DNA of 64,000 nucleotides, taken from a virus. Its lineage: Duplodnaviria > Caudoviricetes. Below, piece by piece: positions 39,978-50,094 of this stretch. Within the stretch, counting starts at the first letter, position 1. Each line of letters starts with the position of its first letter. Position numbers and translations under genes: made by a program. Where the stretch lies: the IMG/VR virus record IMGVR_UViG_3300033179_000002, positions 1 through 64,000 of that record; one strand, given 5' to 3'. The notes beneath the pieces were generated by a model that did no database searches, was not told where the DNA came from, and saw nothing but the letters and a program-made list of their open reading frames with translations.

Positions 39978-40447
39978 ACTGGCCCGCCTTCACCTGGTGG
40001 CTGCTGTCCTTCCTCGGCGACGGCATCTGCATGGTCGGCTATCTGAGCTTCACCTCCAGCCTGCGGATCTCTCACGCCCTGCGCGGTGCGATGCTGCGCA
40101 AGCACGCCGGGCACGGTCATCCGATCCCGGCGATCCCGGCGGCAGCATTCCTGCACTGGTGCCGTCGGGAGCTGCGCTGGATCGGCCTGGCCGCCGGGCT
40201 GCTCGGCGACGCTGCCCAGGCGCTGACGCAGCGGGCGCAGCACGTCGGCGGCTGGTCGGCGGAAGAAACAGGCTTCGCCGTGGCCGTGGTCGTCGGCTGG
40301 CTGTCCGTGCAGCGCTGGCAGGACAACCGGGACTGCACCTGCGACGACCACGAGCAGCGCAAGCGGCGGCGCACCACCGTGGTCAGCCGGATCATCGAAG
40401 GTGCCGGGCGGCTCGTCGCCATGCCGGTACCGGTCCGGCAACGCTGA
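39974..40447 (+). CDS. Membrane protein
   Basis: Three hydrophobic segments; GTGA overlap. Confidence 0.6.
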   Translation: MNWPAFTWWLLSFLGDGICMVGYLSFTSSLRISHALRGAMLRKHAGHGHPIPAIPAAAFLHWCRRELRWIGLAAGLLGDAAQALTQRAQHVGGWSAEETGFAVAVVVGWLSVQRWQDNRDCTCDDHEQRKRRRTTVVSRIIEGAGRLVAMPVPVRQR

Positions 40448-40542
40448 TGTTCTGGCGCTGGATCCGGCCGGTCATCGTCGGCCTCGTCGTCCTCATCATC
40501 TTTATGGTCATCGCCGACATCTACCGCACCAGTCCACATTGA
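40447..40542 (+). CDS. Micro-membrane protein (31 aa)
   Basis: TGATG overlap; MFWRWIRPVIVGLVVLIIFMVIADIYRTSPH. Confidence 0.5.
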   Translation: MFWRWIRPVIVGLVVLIIFMVIADIYRTSPH

Positions 40543-40543
40543 G

Positions 40544-40572
40544 TTGACACATCATATGTCAGTTGGTACCTT
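40544..40572 (+). promoter_or_regulatory. Operator-promoter
   Basis: TTGACA-17-TACCTT; TGACACATCATATGTCA at 40545-40561. Confidence 0.8.
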
Positions 40573-40614
40573 CGTGGTGTTGGCGTAACACCCCCCACCA
40601 CGGAGGTCACCATC

Positions 40615-41226
40615 ATGTCGGACACCCTCTACGCGTTGCAGACCTGGCGTGAGCGCAACGGCCTCCGCCCGCTGCGTGACGTCGCCGCCGAACAGGCCGC
40701 CCGGCTACGCGCCGTGCACGCCCCCCGCCCGGAGATCTCGCGCAACACCGGTGGCCGCGCGGCCACCGGCCGCAGCGTCGTCGCCGACCGGATCGCCGCG
40801 GTGCGCGCCGACAGCCGCTACGCCCCTGCCGTGCCGGCCGCCCGCCCGGCGCCGGTCGCCATGGTCACCCCGCGGGAACGGTTCGCCGAAGCCGACCGCC
40901 TCGCCGCCAGTGTGCCGGTCGGGCTGTACGCCCTGCCGCGCAGGGAGGCCAGCAGCGCGGGCAACACCGTCACCTTCTTCAAGGTCCACCCGTACCGGGG
41001 TGGACACCGCATCGTCCAGCTGCTCGGGTCCATCGGCAGCTTCGCCGAACGGCCGCTGCCGGTCGAACACCAGATTTTCGCCCTCCGGCACATCGCCGAG
41101 GACGCGCGCAGCGCCTCCACCCTGTTCGGCCGCGAAACGTCCACCTGCGGCGTGTGCGGCTCGCCGTTGACGAACGAAACCAGCCGGAAAGCCGGAATCG
41201 GCCCGAAATGTGCGCGTAAGTTCTGA
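40615..41226 (+). CDS. DUF6011-like zinc-finger protein
   Basis: C-terminal CGVCGSPLT...SRKAGIGPKC. Confidence 0.7.
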   Translation: MSDTLYALQTWRERNGLRPLRDVAAEQAARLRAVHAPRPEISRNTGGRAATGRSVVADRIAAVRADSRYAPAVPAARPAPVAMVTPRERFAEADRLAASVPVGLYALPRREASSAGNTVTFFKVHPYRGGHRIVQLLGSIGSFAERPLPVEHQIFALRHIAEDARSASTLFGRETSTCGVCGSPLTNETSRKAGIGPKCARKF

Positions 41227-41291
41227 CCCACCCCGGGGCCGGACATTCCGGTCCGGCCCCGGACCTTCCCTCCCCCCGGAAAGGCTGCCCG

Positions 41292-41657
41292 ATGAACGCC
41301 CCCGCCCTGGCCCCGACCGCATCCCCCACCGCACCCCTGGTCGTGCGCCTGCGCGACCTCGGCCCCGCCCTCAGCCACCACGCCCGCGCCCAGCTCGCCG
41401 TCGCCCGCATCCGCCGGGCCGCCACGGCGCAGGCACTCGCCCAGGCATTGGACGAGGACCACCGCCAGGCCACCGACGAGCTCTACCGACTCAGCGCGGA
41501 CAACCTGCCGATCGCCGACTTCGTCCCCACCGTCGTCGTACACCGCGACACCCTCATCGCCTACCGGCCCCCGGCGACCTACCGGCGGCACTCCGCGCTG
41601 CGGCGCGCCCTCACCGCGCGTCTCGGCGGCCGGCACGCCGCCCGGATCGGCGGCTGA
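41292..41657 (+). CDS. Hypothetical protein
   Basis: GAAAGG RBS. Confidence 0.55.
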   Translation: MNAPALAPTASPTAPLVVRLRDLGPALSHHARAQLAVARIRRAATAQALAQALDEDHRQATDELYRLSADNLPIADFVPTVVVHRDTLIAYRPPATYRRHSALRRALTARLGGRHAARIGG

Positions 41658-41658
41658 C

Positions 41659-41760
41659 ATGCACCCGAAATGGCAGAGCATCGGCCTTCTCGTCATCGTC
41701 GTCAGCTGCCTGATCATCGGCTATGCCTTCGGCCACAACGCCACCGGATGCACGCCGTGA
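41659..41760 (+). CDS. Micro-membrane protein (33 aa)
   Basis: Hand-translated MHPKWQSIGLLVIVVSCLIIGYAFGHNATGCTP; GTGA-coupled to the next gene. Confidence 0.45.
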   Translation: MHPKWQSIGLLVIVVSCLIIGYAFGHNATGCTP

Positions 41761-42053
41761 CCGCGTTGCCGATCATCCGCTGCGACCTGTCGGACCTGCC
41801 CGTCGAAGGCTGCGGCTGCCGCATCCACCGGCCCGGCCCCAACATCCTCGACATCGAACTCCACCACACCCGGGTCGTCCGCGACTTCGGCCGGCCCGTC
41901 GACGCCAACTATCCGGGCACCTGCCCCGGCTGCCAGGAACCCTACGACGTCGGCGACCCCATCCGGTTCGACAACAAGGGCGCGGCCAGCCGGGCCGCCG
42001 GCCCGGCCACCCGGGGCCGCTGGTGGCACGACAACTGCGCCCAGGAGGCGTGA
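41757..42053 (+). CDS. Cys/His zinc-binding hypothetical protein
   Basis: CDLSDLPVEGCGC...CPGC..GDPI...HDNC. Confidence 0.55.
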   Translation: MTALPIIRCDLSDLPVEGCGCRIHRPGPNILDIELHHTRVVRDFGRPVDANYPGTCPGCQEPYDVGDPIRFDNKGAASRAAGPATRGRWWHDNCAQEA

Positions 42054-42077
42054 CCCGCACCACCCACCCACCACGGA

Positions 42078-42107
42078 TTGACACATGATGTGGCACCCCG
42101 GCAGACT
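42078..42107 (+). promoter_or_regulatory. Operator-promoter
   Basis: TTGACA-18-CAGACT; TGACACATGATGTGGCA at 42079-42095. Confidence 0.7.
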
Positions 42108-42137
42108 GCCGGGGTGCCCGACCCTGAGGAGAACACC

Positions 42138-43193
42138 GTGACCGAACCCACCACCGGCGGCAACCCGGGCGGCAACCCCGGCGGCAACCCCGGCGGCGTG
42201 CTCACCGTCGTCACCGGCCCGGCCGGCGTCGACATCGGCCCCGCCGCCGCCCTGCTCGGCGCCAACCTTGGCGACAGCCTCGCCATCCGCACCGTCCTCA
42301 GCCACACCGACCGGCGACCGGTCCCGCATCTCAGCCCCATCCCCGGCTACGTCCCCGCCCGGCTGAGCGCGCACGTTGGCGAATACCGGCAGAACAACGG
42401 CATCCTGTCCGGCCGGGTGCTGCTGTACAACCTGCCGTCGGCATGGCAGAACCCGCATACCAACCTCGGGGTCGCCTACTCGGGGCCGGTGTCGAACCTG
42501 CTCAACATCGACCTCACCCGGCTCAACCATCTGGGCATGCACCCCGGACACCGGGTCACCGTCCAGCGCCGCAACGTCGGCAACGAATGGTCCAACAGCG
42601 ACGGCGGAGACTCCCTCATCCCGCCGCCCATCGAAATCGGCGACCTCGCCGCACACGCCCGCGACAGCGTCTTCCGCGGATCCGCCGACAGCTCCCGGCA
42701 CGTCCTCATCGAAGCCGGGGACGGGCAGGGCTTCCTCGACGCCCTGCACATCGTCGGCATCCCGCCGTGGGCGCCATACCTGGACCGGCTCGTGCTGTTC
42801 CTCGTCCTCGACGTCGCCGCCCTGCTGGCCGCCGCAGGCGACACCCTCGACCTGGCGCAGGCGATCAGCCGGGAGGTGCAGCGCCACGGCGGACCCGTCA
42901 GTGCCTACGACACCGGCACCGTCGCCGAAATGCACCTGTGCCTGCTCAACGTCCAGACGGTCATCCCGGCGCTCGCCGGCATCGACACCGCCGCCGTGAT
43001 GGCCGCCACCGCACCGGAGACAGCGACCACGGCCATGCTCGGGCTGCTCGACCACATCGAACAGACCTGCCGCACAGAGGTGCTGCTCGTCGGCACCGGC
43101 AGCGTCGACGCCTCGACGCCGGACGAGCCGGGCCCGCCGGGCCCACAGGTCCTGCCGACATTCATCGACCTGCGCGGCGACGGGCAACCGTAG
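42138..43193 (+). CDS. Degenerate adenylosuccinate-synthetase (PurA/PurZ)-like protein, probably catalytically inactive
   Basis: Motif order matches the family (VVTG.., HVLIE.G.GQG, GIPPW, HL....QTVIPALAG, LLDHIE...VLLVGTG), but the P-loop and substrate loops are missing; GGNP x3 at the N-terminus. Confidence 0.5.
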   Translation: MTEPTTGGNPGGNPGGNPGGVLTVVTGPAGVDIGPAAALLGANLGDSLAIRTVLSHTDRRPVPHLSPIPGYVPARLSAHVGEYRQNNGILSGRVLLYNLPSAWQNPHTNLGVAYSGPVSNLLNIDLTRLNHLGMHPGHRVTVQRRNVGNEWSNSDGGDSLIPPPIEIGDLAAHARDSVFRGSADSSRHVLIEAGDGQGFLDALHIVGIPPWAPYLDRLVLFLVLDVAALLAAAGDTLDLAQAISREVQRHGGPVSAYDTGTVAEMHLCLLNVQTVIPALAGIDTAAVMAATAPETATTAMLGLLDHIEQTCRTEVLLVGTGSVDASTPDEPGPPGPQVLPTFIDLRGDGQP

Positions 43194-43221
43194 CGGTAGC
43201 GCAACACGCCTGATGGAAGAT

Positions 43222-43253
43222 CGACGGGTGGCCCTTCGGCGGGTCACCCGTCG
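43222..43253 (+). terminator. Hairpin
   Basis: CGACGGGTG...CACCCGTCG stem in the intergenic gap. Confidence 0.45.
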
Positions 43254-43322
43254 CCGTGCATCCAGGAGTCCGCCGTGCCCACCCCGCCCGTCCCGCCCAT
43301 CCCTCCCGAGGAAGAACCGGAC

Positions 43323-43802
43323 ATGAAAACCAGCCTCGACTTCGGCCACTACCGCGCCCCCGGCCAGCGTGTCCCCAGCACCGACAGCACCGAACAGCTG
43401 CCGGTGTCCCGGCGTCGCGACACGCCCCCTCCGGTGGTCAGCGCCCCCGGGATGCATACCCGTGGTGCCCGCGGCATCCCGCCGCTGACGGAAGCCGGCC
43501 CGGTCACGGTGATCAACGCCATCCTCGACGAACGGGACCAGCGGGAGCGGCGGGCCGGCCCGAACCGGTCGGCCCCGTCCCGGCCGACCGTGCGCGACAT
43601 CGCCGCCGACCGGCTCGCCCGCGCCGAACGGGAGGAACGCCACCGCAACCGCCACCAGCGGCACATGGACGCCCTGGAGGCCGCCCGCGGCTGGCTCGGC
43701 GTGCTCTGCCTCTTCGGGCTGCTGATGCTCGTCGTGTTCATGGGCGTGATCGCCGTCGGCCTCCTGTCCGGCTGGTACGTGTGGGTACCCGTCCGGCATT
43801 GA
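43323..43802 (+). CDS. C-terminally membrane-anchored protein
   Basis: C-terminal hydrophobic segment. Confidence 0.55.
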   Translation: MKTSLDFGHYRAPGQRVPSTDSTEQLPVSRRRDTPPPVVSAPGMHTRGARGIPPLTEAGPVTVINAILDERDQRERRAGPNRSAPSRPTVRDIAADRLARAEREERHRNRHQRHMDALEAARGWLGVLCLFGLLMLVVFMGVIAVGLLSGWYVWVPVRH

Positions 43803-43803
43803 G

Positions 43804-43832
43804 TTGACACATGATGTGTCAATTGCTACATT
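43804..43832 (+). promoter_or_regulatory. Operator-promoter driving a leaderless mRNA
   Basis: TTGACA-17-TACATT; palindrome 43805-43821; ATG 43840 lies 8 nt after the -10. Confidence 0.8.
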
Positions 43833-43839
43833 GGGGGGC

Positions 43840-44388
43840 ATGAAGGAGCCGATGACCAAGCCCATGCCGGATAACGACCCGGCCGACCCGTACGCCGACC
43901 TGTCCCCGTGGATCCGGCCCGGCGCCAAGCTCGCCAACCTGATCTACCAGGACCGCTATAGCCTGGTCACCGTTACGAACATCACCCGGACGCAGATCGT
44001 CGCCGTCGCCGACAGCAACCCCCATTCCGTCCACAACCCCAGCATCGTCTACCGGTATGAGCGGATCCCGGGCCGCGAGTTCTATCCCCACGAGGGCCCC
44101 TGTCATCAGTTGCGCGGCCGGCGTGGCGCCCGGCTGGTCCGGCGCACCCACCCGACCGTGGTCAGCCTGCGCATCGACGCCATCGCCAAGCAGGCCATGC
44201 ATGAGGCCGACCTGGCCCGGAGTCGATACGGCAACCCGATAAGGGAAGGCGACACCCGGCCCCGCGATGAGCGGGCCCTGGCGATGCTCGACGACATCGA
44301 GAACGCCGCCCGGACCGCCCGCACCAGGATCCTCGCCATCCTCAACCCGGGTGGCGCCGTCGCCGCCGAACACACCCAGGAGGTCTGA
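43840..44388 (+). CDS. Hypothetical protein
   Basis: ORF directly after the promoter. Confidence 0.6.
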   Translation: MKEPMTKPMPDNDPADPYADLSPWIRPGAKLANLIYQDRYSLVTVTNITRTQIVAVADSNPHSVHNPSIVYRYERIPGREFYPHEGPCHQLRGRRGARLVRRTHPTVVSLRIDAIAKQAMHEADLARSRYGNPIREGDTRPRDERALAMLDDIENAARTARTRILAILNPGGAVAAEHTQEV

Positions 44389-44390
44389 CC

Positions 44391-44758
44391 GTGAAGATCC
44401 CCCCGCTCGTCGCCCTGCGCGACCGGCTCACCCAGCTGGTGCACCGCCCCACCCCCGCCGGCCCGCCGCCGTACAGGCGCTGCGACGGCTGCAACCAGAG
44501 CACCCACCCCGTCCGGGACAGCCAGAACGTTCCCGACCCGGCGGCGTTCACCGGGCTGTACCCCGGCGAAGAACACGGAGGCGTCATCGCCACCGTTCAG
44601 GCCGCACCGATCTGGTGCGCGCCGTGCGGCGCCTGGTTCCATGCCGTCGACTGCTACAGCCGCCACCACACCCCCGGCTGGGAGCCGGCCCGGGAACGGC
44701 CACCGACCGGGCGGGCGGCCCGCAAGGTCCGGCAGGCGCGCGCGAAAGTCGGCGTCCT

Positions 44759-44762
<4 letters not shown>
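44391..44762 (+). CDS. Cys/His zinc-binding hypothetical protein
   Basis: CDGC..., CAPCG..., HAVDC. Confidence 0.55.
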
Positions 44763-45391
<629 letters not shown>

Positions 45392-45497
45392 AACACCTCG
45401 CGGGCCTCGCCGAGCTCGCCGTCATGCTGGTGCTCGCCGCCGTCGCCGCCCTGCTGCTCGCCAGCTGACCACGGGGCGTCCCCGGCACCGCACACAC

Positions 45498-45529
45498 CGA
45501 AGGCCCCGGGGGAAACCCCGGGGCCTTCC
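45498..45529 (+). terminator. Hairpin with GAAA loop
   Basis: GAAGGCCCCGGGG-GAAA-CCCCGGGCCTTC at the end of the operon. Confidence 0.55.
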
Positions 45530-45880
45530 CCTTCGCCCACCACAGGCGCCCGCACAGACACGCTTCCCCGCGTATCCGCCCGGCATCCCCAGGCACACCC
45601 GGCACCCTCCCCGGCCAGTGGGCCACCGGGGTGCAACACGGAGATGTTGGGCGAATGGTAGCCGGTACCGCGGATCCGCACCACAGGTAGTGGTCTACGA
45701 CGCCCTTCCACACCACCCTGAGCACCACCCTGAGCACCATCCTGCGCATCGCCTTGCGCACCATCTCTACACCGGCCCGAAATAGAGCAATGTGGCCTCT
45801 GGCGCCATGACCGGTGGGTGATCTAAGCTCGCCTTCCCCCGACCCGTCACCTGCGGGTGATGCCATCGAAAGGATCCCCG

Positions 45881-46129
45881 ATGACCGCTCAGGCGGTAAT
45901 CAGCCATGCCCACGTCCTGGACCCGGCCGCGATGCGGGCGGCACGCCGGGCCGCCGCCGTCAGCCTCGACGTTGCCGGGGCCCACGTCGCCCGTGACCGG
46001 ACCCTGATCGCGAAATATGAGCGTGGCGCCATCGACCCGCCCGCCTCGATCCTGGGCGCGCTCGCCGGGCTGTACGGCGTCGACGTCGGCGCCTTCTACC
46101 GGCGTGAACCGGCTACCCGGGATGCGTAA
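45881..46129 (+). CDS. XRE/Cro-CI-type HTH regulator
   Basis: AMRAARRAAAVSLDVAG...LIAKYERGAIDPP...LAGLYGV; AAAGGA RBS. Confidence 0.85.
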   Translation: MTAQAVISHAHVLDPAAMRAARRAAAVSLDVAGAHVARDRTLIAKYERGAIDPPASILGALAGLYGVDVGAFYRREPATRDA

Positions 46130-46190
46130 AAGGGCCGCCCAGACCCGCTGGGACGACCCTTCCACTGTCAACATCCGAAAGGCAGCATAG

Positions 46191-47120
46191 ATGACCGCCC
46201 CCCGCCCGGCCAGCCCCGACGGCAGTCCTGCCGGCACCGTCGCGGGGGACCGCCCCGCCATACTGCCGGCCGACAGTCTCGCCGACACCGCCGTCGCCTA
46301 TGCCCTCCTCGGCTGGCGGATCTTCCCCGTAGTGCCCGGCGGGAAAGTACCGCAGTTCCGGCGCGCCCATCCCGACGACGCCGCCCAGGCGGCCTGCCCC
46401 GGCGGGCACGTCTGCGGTCGCCTCGGGCACGGCTTCAAAGACGCCACCGCCGACCCGGAACGGGTGGCCCGGTGGTGGGCGCGGGAACCGCGGTGCAACA
46501 TCGGGCTTGCGACCGGATATCCCGGCTCCCCGGATGTCCTCGACATCGACGTCAAAGACGGTGCGCCCGGCCTGGCATCCTTGAAACGGATCCAGGATGT
46601 CGGCCTCACCCGCGGATCGTTCGCCATGGCATCGACCCCGTCGGGCGGCTGGCACCTGTACTACGACGGCACCGTCCAGTCCTCCGCCACCCTGAAAAAG
46701 CACGGCATCGACTTCCGGGCCACCGGCGGCTACGTCGTCGCCCCCGAATCCTGGGTCGGCACGACCCGCAACCCGCGACGGTACAGGTGGGTGCCGCAAC
46801 GCTGGAACCTGATGGCTGACGGCACCATTTCATGGGCGGACATCCGGGACTTTCTCAACCCGCCGCGCCCGGCCATCAACCTGCAGTTCACGCCCTTCGT
46901 CGATGATGCGGCCCCCATTGTCAACTGGTTCGTGCAGCAGCCGTCCGGTAGCCGCAACAACGCCCTGTTCTGGGCGGCCTGCCGCATCCTGGAGTCCGGC
47001 TATCCGGCGGAACGGCTCGACGACCTGCGCCATCAGGCCATCCTGTCCGGCCTCGGCGACGCCGAGATCCGCAAAACCCTCGCCTCCGCCGTCAACAGGA
47101 TCATCGGCGGCGGCGCGTGA
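46191..47120 (+). CDS. Bifunctional DNA primase/polymerase (Prim-Pol) with PriCT-like C-terminus
   Basis: WRIFP..PGGKVP, HGFKDAT, NIGLATG, DVLDIDVK, TPSGGWHLYY, GGYVVAP, GSRNNALFWAAC. Confidence 0.93.
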   Translation: MTAPRPASPDGSPAGTVAGDRPAILPADSLADTAVAYALLGWRIFPVVPGGKVPQFRRAHPDDAAQAACPGGHVCGRLGHGFKDATADPERVARWWAREPRCNIGLATGYPGSPDVLDIDVKDGAPGLASLKRIQDVGLTRGSFAMASTPSGGWHLYYDGTVQSSATLKKHGIDFRATGGYVVAPESWVGTTRNPRRYRWVPQRWNLMADGTISWADIRDFLNPPRPAINLQFTPFVDDAAPIVNWFVQQPSGSRNNALFWAACRILESGYPAERLDDLRHQAILSGLGDAEIRKTLASAVNRIIGGGA

Positions 47121-48454
47121 CCGACCTTTTCGACGGCATCGACATGGATGACCTGCGGCCACCGGGAGGCGGTACCGCAGCCACACCGACCGGCGTACCG
47201 GCCGTCGAGGAGGCGCCGGGTGACCCCACCTCCACGCCGGAGGAACAGGAGGCGTTGCGGGCACGGCTCGCAGCGGAGAACGAAACCCGCGACCTGGAGC
47301 GGACAAAAGCCGACGAGCGGCGGCGGCGGCGCGCCCGGCGGGAGGTCGACGCCGAAGACTTCGACGTCCTGCGCGCCTCCCGGCGGCTGCGCCTGCTCGA
47401 CGGCTGGGAGTTCCTGGCCGAGGACGTCGACGGCGACGAACAGGTCTGGGGGGCGCCCGGCGGCGGCATGCTGTGGGCGCCCGGGGAGCCGTTGATGCTG
47501 TTCGGCGGCAACGGCGTCTTCAAGTCGACGTTGTCGCATCTGCTGGTGTTTGCCCGGCTGGGCCTGCTCGGCCCGGACGGACGGCCGCGGGAGGATCACC
47601 GCCGGATCAGGCCGGACGACCATCCCGACGAATGGGGGGCGGTGCTGGGTATGCCGGTCCGGCCGATGGACCCGGCAGCCGCGATCGTATATCTCGCCGG
47701 GGACCGGCCCCGGCAGATCCGCCGGGCGATGCGCCGGCACCGGCGGGACTGGATGTGCGACATCCTGCGCGATCATCTGATCGTGCATGACGGGCCGCTG
47801 CCGTTCGACCTGACCACGGACAAGGATGCCCTCGCCGACCTGGCGCAGGAACGCAAAGGCTCCGACGTGTTCGTGGACAGCGTCAAGGACTACTGCCCGA
47901 AACCCAGCGACGACGAGAGTGCGAACGGCTACAACCGGGCGCGGCAGGAATGCATCGCCCGCGGCATCCAATGGGTCGAGGACCACCACAACCGCAAGAT
48001 CCAGCAGGGGCAGAAGCCGACCAACGGGATCGACGATGTGTACGGGTCGCGCTGGCTGACGGCGGGGGCCGGGTCGGTGGTGTCGATGTGGGTCGACGAG
48101 GAGGGTTCCACCCTCGTGCACGTCCGGCAGGTGAAGAGCCCGGGGGAGTTCGTCCCGGAGCTTCACGTGACAGTGGACAAGGCCACCGGCACCATGGGCG
48201 CTGAGAGGCACCTGGACCCGGTGGGGTTCGTCAGGCGGGCGGGTGCGGCCGGGGTGACGGCCGCCGACTATGGCCGGTACATGGGCCTGGCGATCAAAGC
48301 GGCGCGTAATCAGCTGACCACACGGGTGCGTCAGGGAGTGTTTGAGGAGATCGACGGCGATGACAATCTCAAGCACTACAGAACCGTGTTCGGAACGCAA
48401 CCGGGAGTAATCGGCACCACGCACCAAGAGGATGGCCTGCAAGAACTCTTCTAG
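47117..48454 (+). CDS. AAA_25/RepA-type replicative helicase
   Basis: Walker A LFGGNGVFKST, Walker B VFVDS, HHNRK, YGSRW; GTGA-coupled to Prim-Pol. Confidence 0.85.
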   Translation: MTDLFDGIDMDDLRPPGGGTAATPTGVPAVEEAPGDPTSTPEEQEALRARLAAENETRDLERTKADERRRRRARREVDAEDFDVLRASRRLRLLDGWEFLAEDVDGDEQVWGAPGGGMLWAPGEPLMLFGGNGVFKSTLSHLLVFARLGLLGPDGRPREDHRRIRPDDHPDEWGAVLGMPVRPMDPAAAIVYLAGDRPRQIRRAMRRHRRDWMCDILRDHLIVHDGPLPFDLTTDKDALADLAQERKGSDVFVDSVKDYCPKPSDDESANGYNRARQECIARGIQWVEDHHNRKIQQGQKPTNGIDDVYGSRWLTAGAGSVVSMWVDEEGSTLVHVRQVKSPGEFVPELHVTVDKATGTMGAERHLDPVGFVRRAGAAGVTAADYGRYMGLAIKAARNQLTTRVRQGVFEEIDGDDNLKHYRTVFGTQPGVIGTTHQEDGLQELF

Positions 48455-48905
48455 GATATTTAAGGACATGAGATCCTCATTGGCGTGTCCCAAGATCAAG
48501 AAAAAATGCCTACAGGTGGGTGCAAGATGGATAATTTGACTCGGCTCCACCGAAAAGTTTTTTGTTCGGTGATGTGGCCCTTACCGCAAGCTGGCTGCGA
48601 AAACGGGGTTATGGCCCTTGGGACACGCGTGTCCGTCCAAGATCTGGACACGAGGGCGGACACGAGCGGACACGAGATCAACTTTGTTCGGCGTTTTCCC
48701 AGCTCAGAGGCGGACACGAGGGGGGACACGAGGGGTGACACGGCTAGGGACACGTTTTGGGCCTCTCTTAAGAAGAGGCCCAACGTGTCCGTGTCCCGTC
48801 GTGGCACGCTCCGCGGAAATGCGTCCGGAGGGGCGTGGAGCCGATTGAACAAGGTTTAAGCGCAAAAGCGACAAAATGGACTACTTTACGATGGAAAGGT
48901 TGAAC
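48455..48905. other. Putative replication origin: AT-rich flanks and GGACACG iterons
   Basis: GGACACG(AG) at 48621, 48646, 48658, 48668, 48712, 48724, 48748 (TGACACG at 48736); inverted copies at 48484, 48628, 48784, 48790; lowest-GC stretch of the window; directly after primase and helicase. Confidence 0.65.
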
Positions 48906-48907
48906 AC

Positions 48908-49186
48908 TTGACTACTTACGGACTGACGCTACAAATCGACCGGGACGACGAAGACGGCACCGCGCTGACCGCCGTAGCCGTGGTCAGCATGATCAGCATC
49001 GACCCCGCGACCGTGGCCAGCGCGCTGCGGGGCGTCGCCGAACAGCTCGACCACGGACGGGCGGAGACCCCCCTCCGTGGTCAGCGGGACGGGGTGGAGG
49101 TCGCCGGGCGGTTCGGCCCGACGATCGCCGACTGGATGCGCCGGCAGGCGGGACAGTCCGTGGCGGATGATCATGGCGCACGCTGA
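48908..49186 (+). CDS. Hypothetical protein
   Basis: TTG after GGAAAGG. Confidence 0.5.
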   Translation: MTTYGLTLQIDRDDEDGTALTAVAVVSMISIDPATVASALRGVAEQLDHGRAETPLRGQRDGVEVAGRFGPTIADWMRRQAGQSVADDHGAR

Positions 49187-49385
49187 ACGCTGGCCGGGCC
49201 GGCACCCGCTGTGCACCTGCCCGCCGGTCACCTTCGCCATGATCGACCGCGGGGAGCCGCTCCACCGTGGTCAGTACAAGGGCGGCACCATCGCCCACCC
49301 GGTCATCACCGCCGAAGACATCAAGCGGCTGGTTGCCACATTCGCCGAACGGCACGCCGACAGAGATGCCCCGTCCGGCCGCTGA
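49173..49385 (+). CDS. Hypothetical protein
   Basis: Overlaps the previous stop. Confidence 0.4.
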   Translation: MAHAERWPGRHPLCTCPPVTFAMIDRGEPLHRGQYKGGTIAHPVITAEDIKRLVATFAERHADRDAPSGR

Positions 49386-49534
49386 GCGGTCCGCTGGCGG
49401 CCCACCGGGGTCCATGGGCACCTGGGGGGCCAAACGACCCCCCGGGAGCCGTACGCAGAGCCTCCGGCGGCAGGGCGGCGGGCTGTTCGACTCCGGCGCT
49501 GTCGGCGTAGGCATCCAGGCGGCAGATGCGCCGC

Positions 49535-49563
49535 TTGCATTTTACGGGACGGTACGGTAATGT
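49535..49563 (+). promoter_or_regulatory. SigA-type promoter without the operator
   Basis: TTGCAT-17-TAATGT. Confidence 0.6.
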
Positions 49564-49600
49564 ACGGGGTGTAAGGCGATCCCCCACCACAGGAGGAACC

Positions 49601-49813
49601 ATGGCGATCATGATCGGCGAACGGCCCGGCGGCGAAGCCCGCAACATCAGCATCGGCGAACTCACCCACCGCCTCGGCCTCCCCGCCAGCGACCAGTCCG
49701 CGGTCGCCGCCTGGACCGGTGAGCCGCGGGGCAGCGAATGGACCGAGTCCGAGGCCGTGCAGCTGGCCTACGCCTGGTCGGTCGACCAGGCTCGTATCGC
49801 TCGGGAGGGCTGA
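49601..49813 (+). CDS. Small hypothetical protein
   Basis: CCACCACAGGAGG RBS. Confidence 0.65.
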   Translation: MAIMIGERPGGEARNISIGELTHRLGLPASDQSAVAAWTGEPRGSEWTESEAVQLAYAWSVDQARIAREG

Positions 49814-49816
49814 GCC

Positions 49817-50020
49817 GTGGCACGGTCCGGCTACCGCAACCTGAGCACCACCCCGGAGGCGCTCGACGCCCTCAACCAGCTGACCGTGATCATCGGCGAG
49901 CGGGTAGGCCGCCGGGTCAGTCAGTCCGAGGCGATCCGGATCGCTGCCCGGGTCGTCGTCGGTAACCGCAGCCTCATCGCCGAGGCCGTCAACGATCTTG
50001 CCGACGCCGACGCCACCTGA
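49817..50020 (+). CDS. Small protein, possibly ribbon-helix-helix-like
   Basis: YRNLSTTPEALDAL...RVSQSEAIRIA. Confidence 0.55.
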   Translation: MARSGYRNLSTTPEALDALNQLTVIIGERVGRRVSQSEAIRIAARVVVGNRSLIAEAVNDLADADAT

Positions 50021-50034
50021 CACATGACGTGACA
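50018..50034. promoter_or_regulatory. Degenerate operator
   Basis: TGACACATGACGTGACA. Confidence 0.55.
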
Positions 50035-50094
50035 ACTCGCCCGTCGGGGGTTACCCTCGGCGGGCGAGTTGCATCCACCACCACAGGAGCCGTA

